Shown here in pieces: positions 63,455-64,000 of a stretch of DNA of 64,000 nucleotides; position 1 is the stretch's first letter, and the number at the start of each line of letters is the position of its first letter. Source of the DNA: an uncultured delta proteobacterium (GTDB lineage Bacteria; Desulfobacterota; Binatia; Binatales; Binataceae); the NCBI GenBank assembly GCA_963724765.1, contig CAVRVY010000004.1, positions 544,001 to 608,000 of the forward strand, in the 5' to 3' direction. The notes under the pieces are model-generated. The model did no database searches. It saw only the letters and a list, made by a program, of their open reading frames with translations, and was not told where the DNA came from. The translations under genes and the position numbers were made by a program.

Positions 63455-64000
63455 CTACCATCGGACGACCTGCTCGTAGATTTTCGGCAATACGCGCGGC
63501 AGCGAGGTGATGTCCTCGATCACCAGGTAGCGCGACGGCGAGCACATCTGGCGCAGGTAATCGTGGCCGGTGCGATCTACGGTGATGCAGAACGGCAGCA
63601 CCCCCGCCATCTCGAGTTCCTTGAGCGCCACCATCGTGTCCTGGATGCCATAGGCGTTGGAGCGCCGGTCGTGGCCGTAGTCGAAGTCCTGCGGAAAGCC
63701 GTCGCTTAGCAGGATCATATGTTTGGCGCGCGAGCTCACGTCCTTGAATTTCTCGCGCACGTGGCGAATCGCCGCGCCCATCCGGGTCGATCGCTTGGGC
63801 TCGACCGCGCCGACGCGCGCCTTGACCTCGTCGCTCAGCCCCTGGCTGAACTCCTTGATGACGTAAAACTCGACGTTGTCGCGGCCGTGGCCGGAAAATC
63901 CCATGATCGCGTAGGAGTCGCCGATTTCTTCGAGCGCCTCGGCCATGATTACCAGTGCTTCCTTATTTACGTCGATGATGCGGCGTGGGCGCTGGCTCTG
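63455..64000 (-). CDS. NorD/CbbO-like VWA-domain protein (C-terminal part; truncated by window)
   Basis: RIIDVNKEAL, GFSGHGR, TRMGAAIRH, LSDGFPQD, FCITVD motifs. Confidence 0.85.
   Translation of the reverse strand, partial: QSQRPRRIIDVNKEALVIMAEALEEIGDSYAIMGFSGHGRDNVEFYVIKEFSQGLSDEVKARVGAVEPKRSTRMGAAIRHVREKFKDVSSRAKHMILLSDGFPQDFDYGHDRRSNAYGIQDTMVALKELEMAGVLPFCITVDRTGHDYLRQMCSPSRYLVIEDITSLPRVLPKIYEQVVRW

Overview
GC-rich bacterial chromosome segment. The gene content (many LLM-class oxidoreductases, amidohydrolases, class III cyclases, Gld-type ABC cluster) resembles Candidatus Binatota/deltaproteobacterial lineages; this assignment is inference only. Left part (1-27 kb): a frameshifted cyclase-ATPase-TPR gene, SDRs, a pentein hydrolase, ferredoxin/GNAT, acpS, a Gld-like ABC-DUF4340 operon, polA-ECF sigma-anti-sigma, and a flavin-monooxygenase catabolic cluster. 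Middle (27-38.6 kb): lower-GC accessory region downstream of tRNA-Arg(ACG), with small orphan secreted/membrane proteins, a degenerate full-length tRNA duplicate with a TCG anticodon, two tandem IS5-family copies, an HNH nuclease and a DUF2321-like gene. Right part (38.8-64 kb): pstCAB-phoU-phoB-phoR (no pstS), serS, yraN, gatCAB, acyl-CoA/aromatic catabolic genes, eno-gpmI, a methyltransferase and a partial NorD/CbbO-like VWA gene. The most unusual signals are the anticodon-switched tRNA copy bounding a decayed island, arrays of sequence-unrelated ~20-bp palindromes, a candidate -1 frameshift joining ferredoxin to a GNAT, and a recurrent TAnnnT-N9-start architecture in SD-poor genes. All family calls come from motif recognition; no database searches were run.
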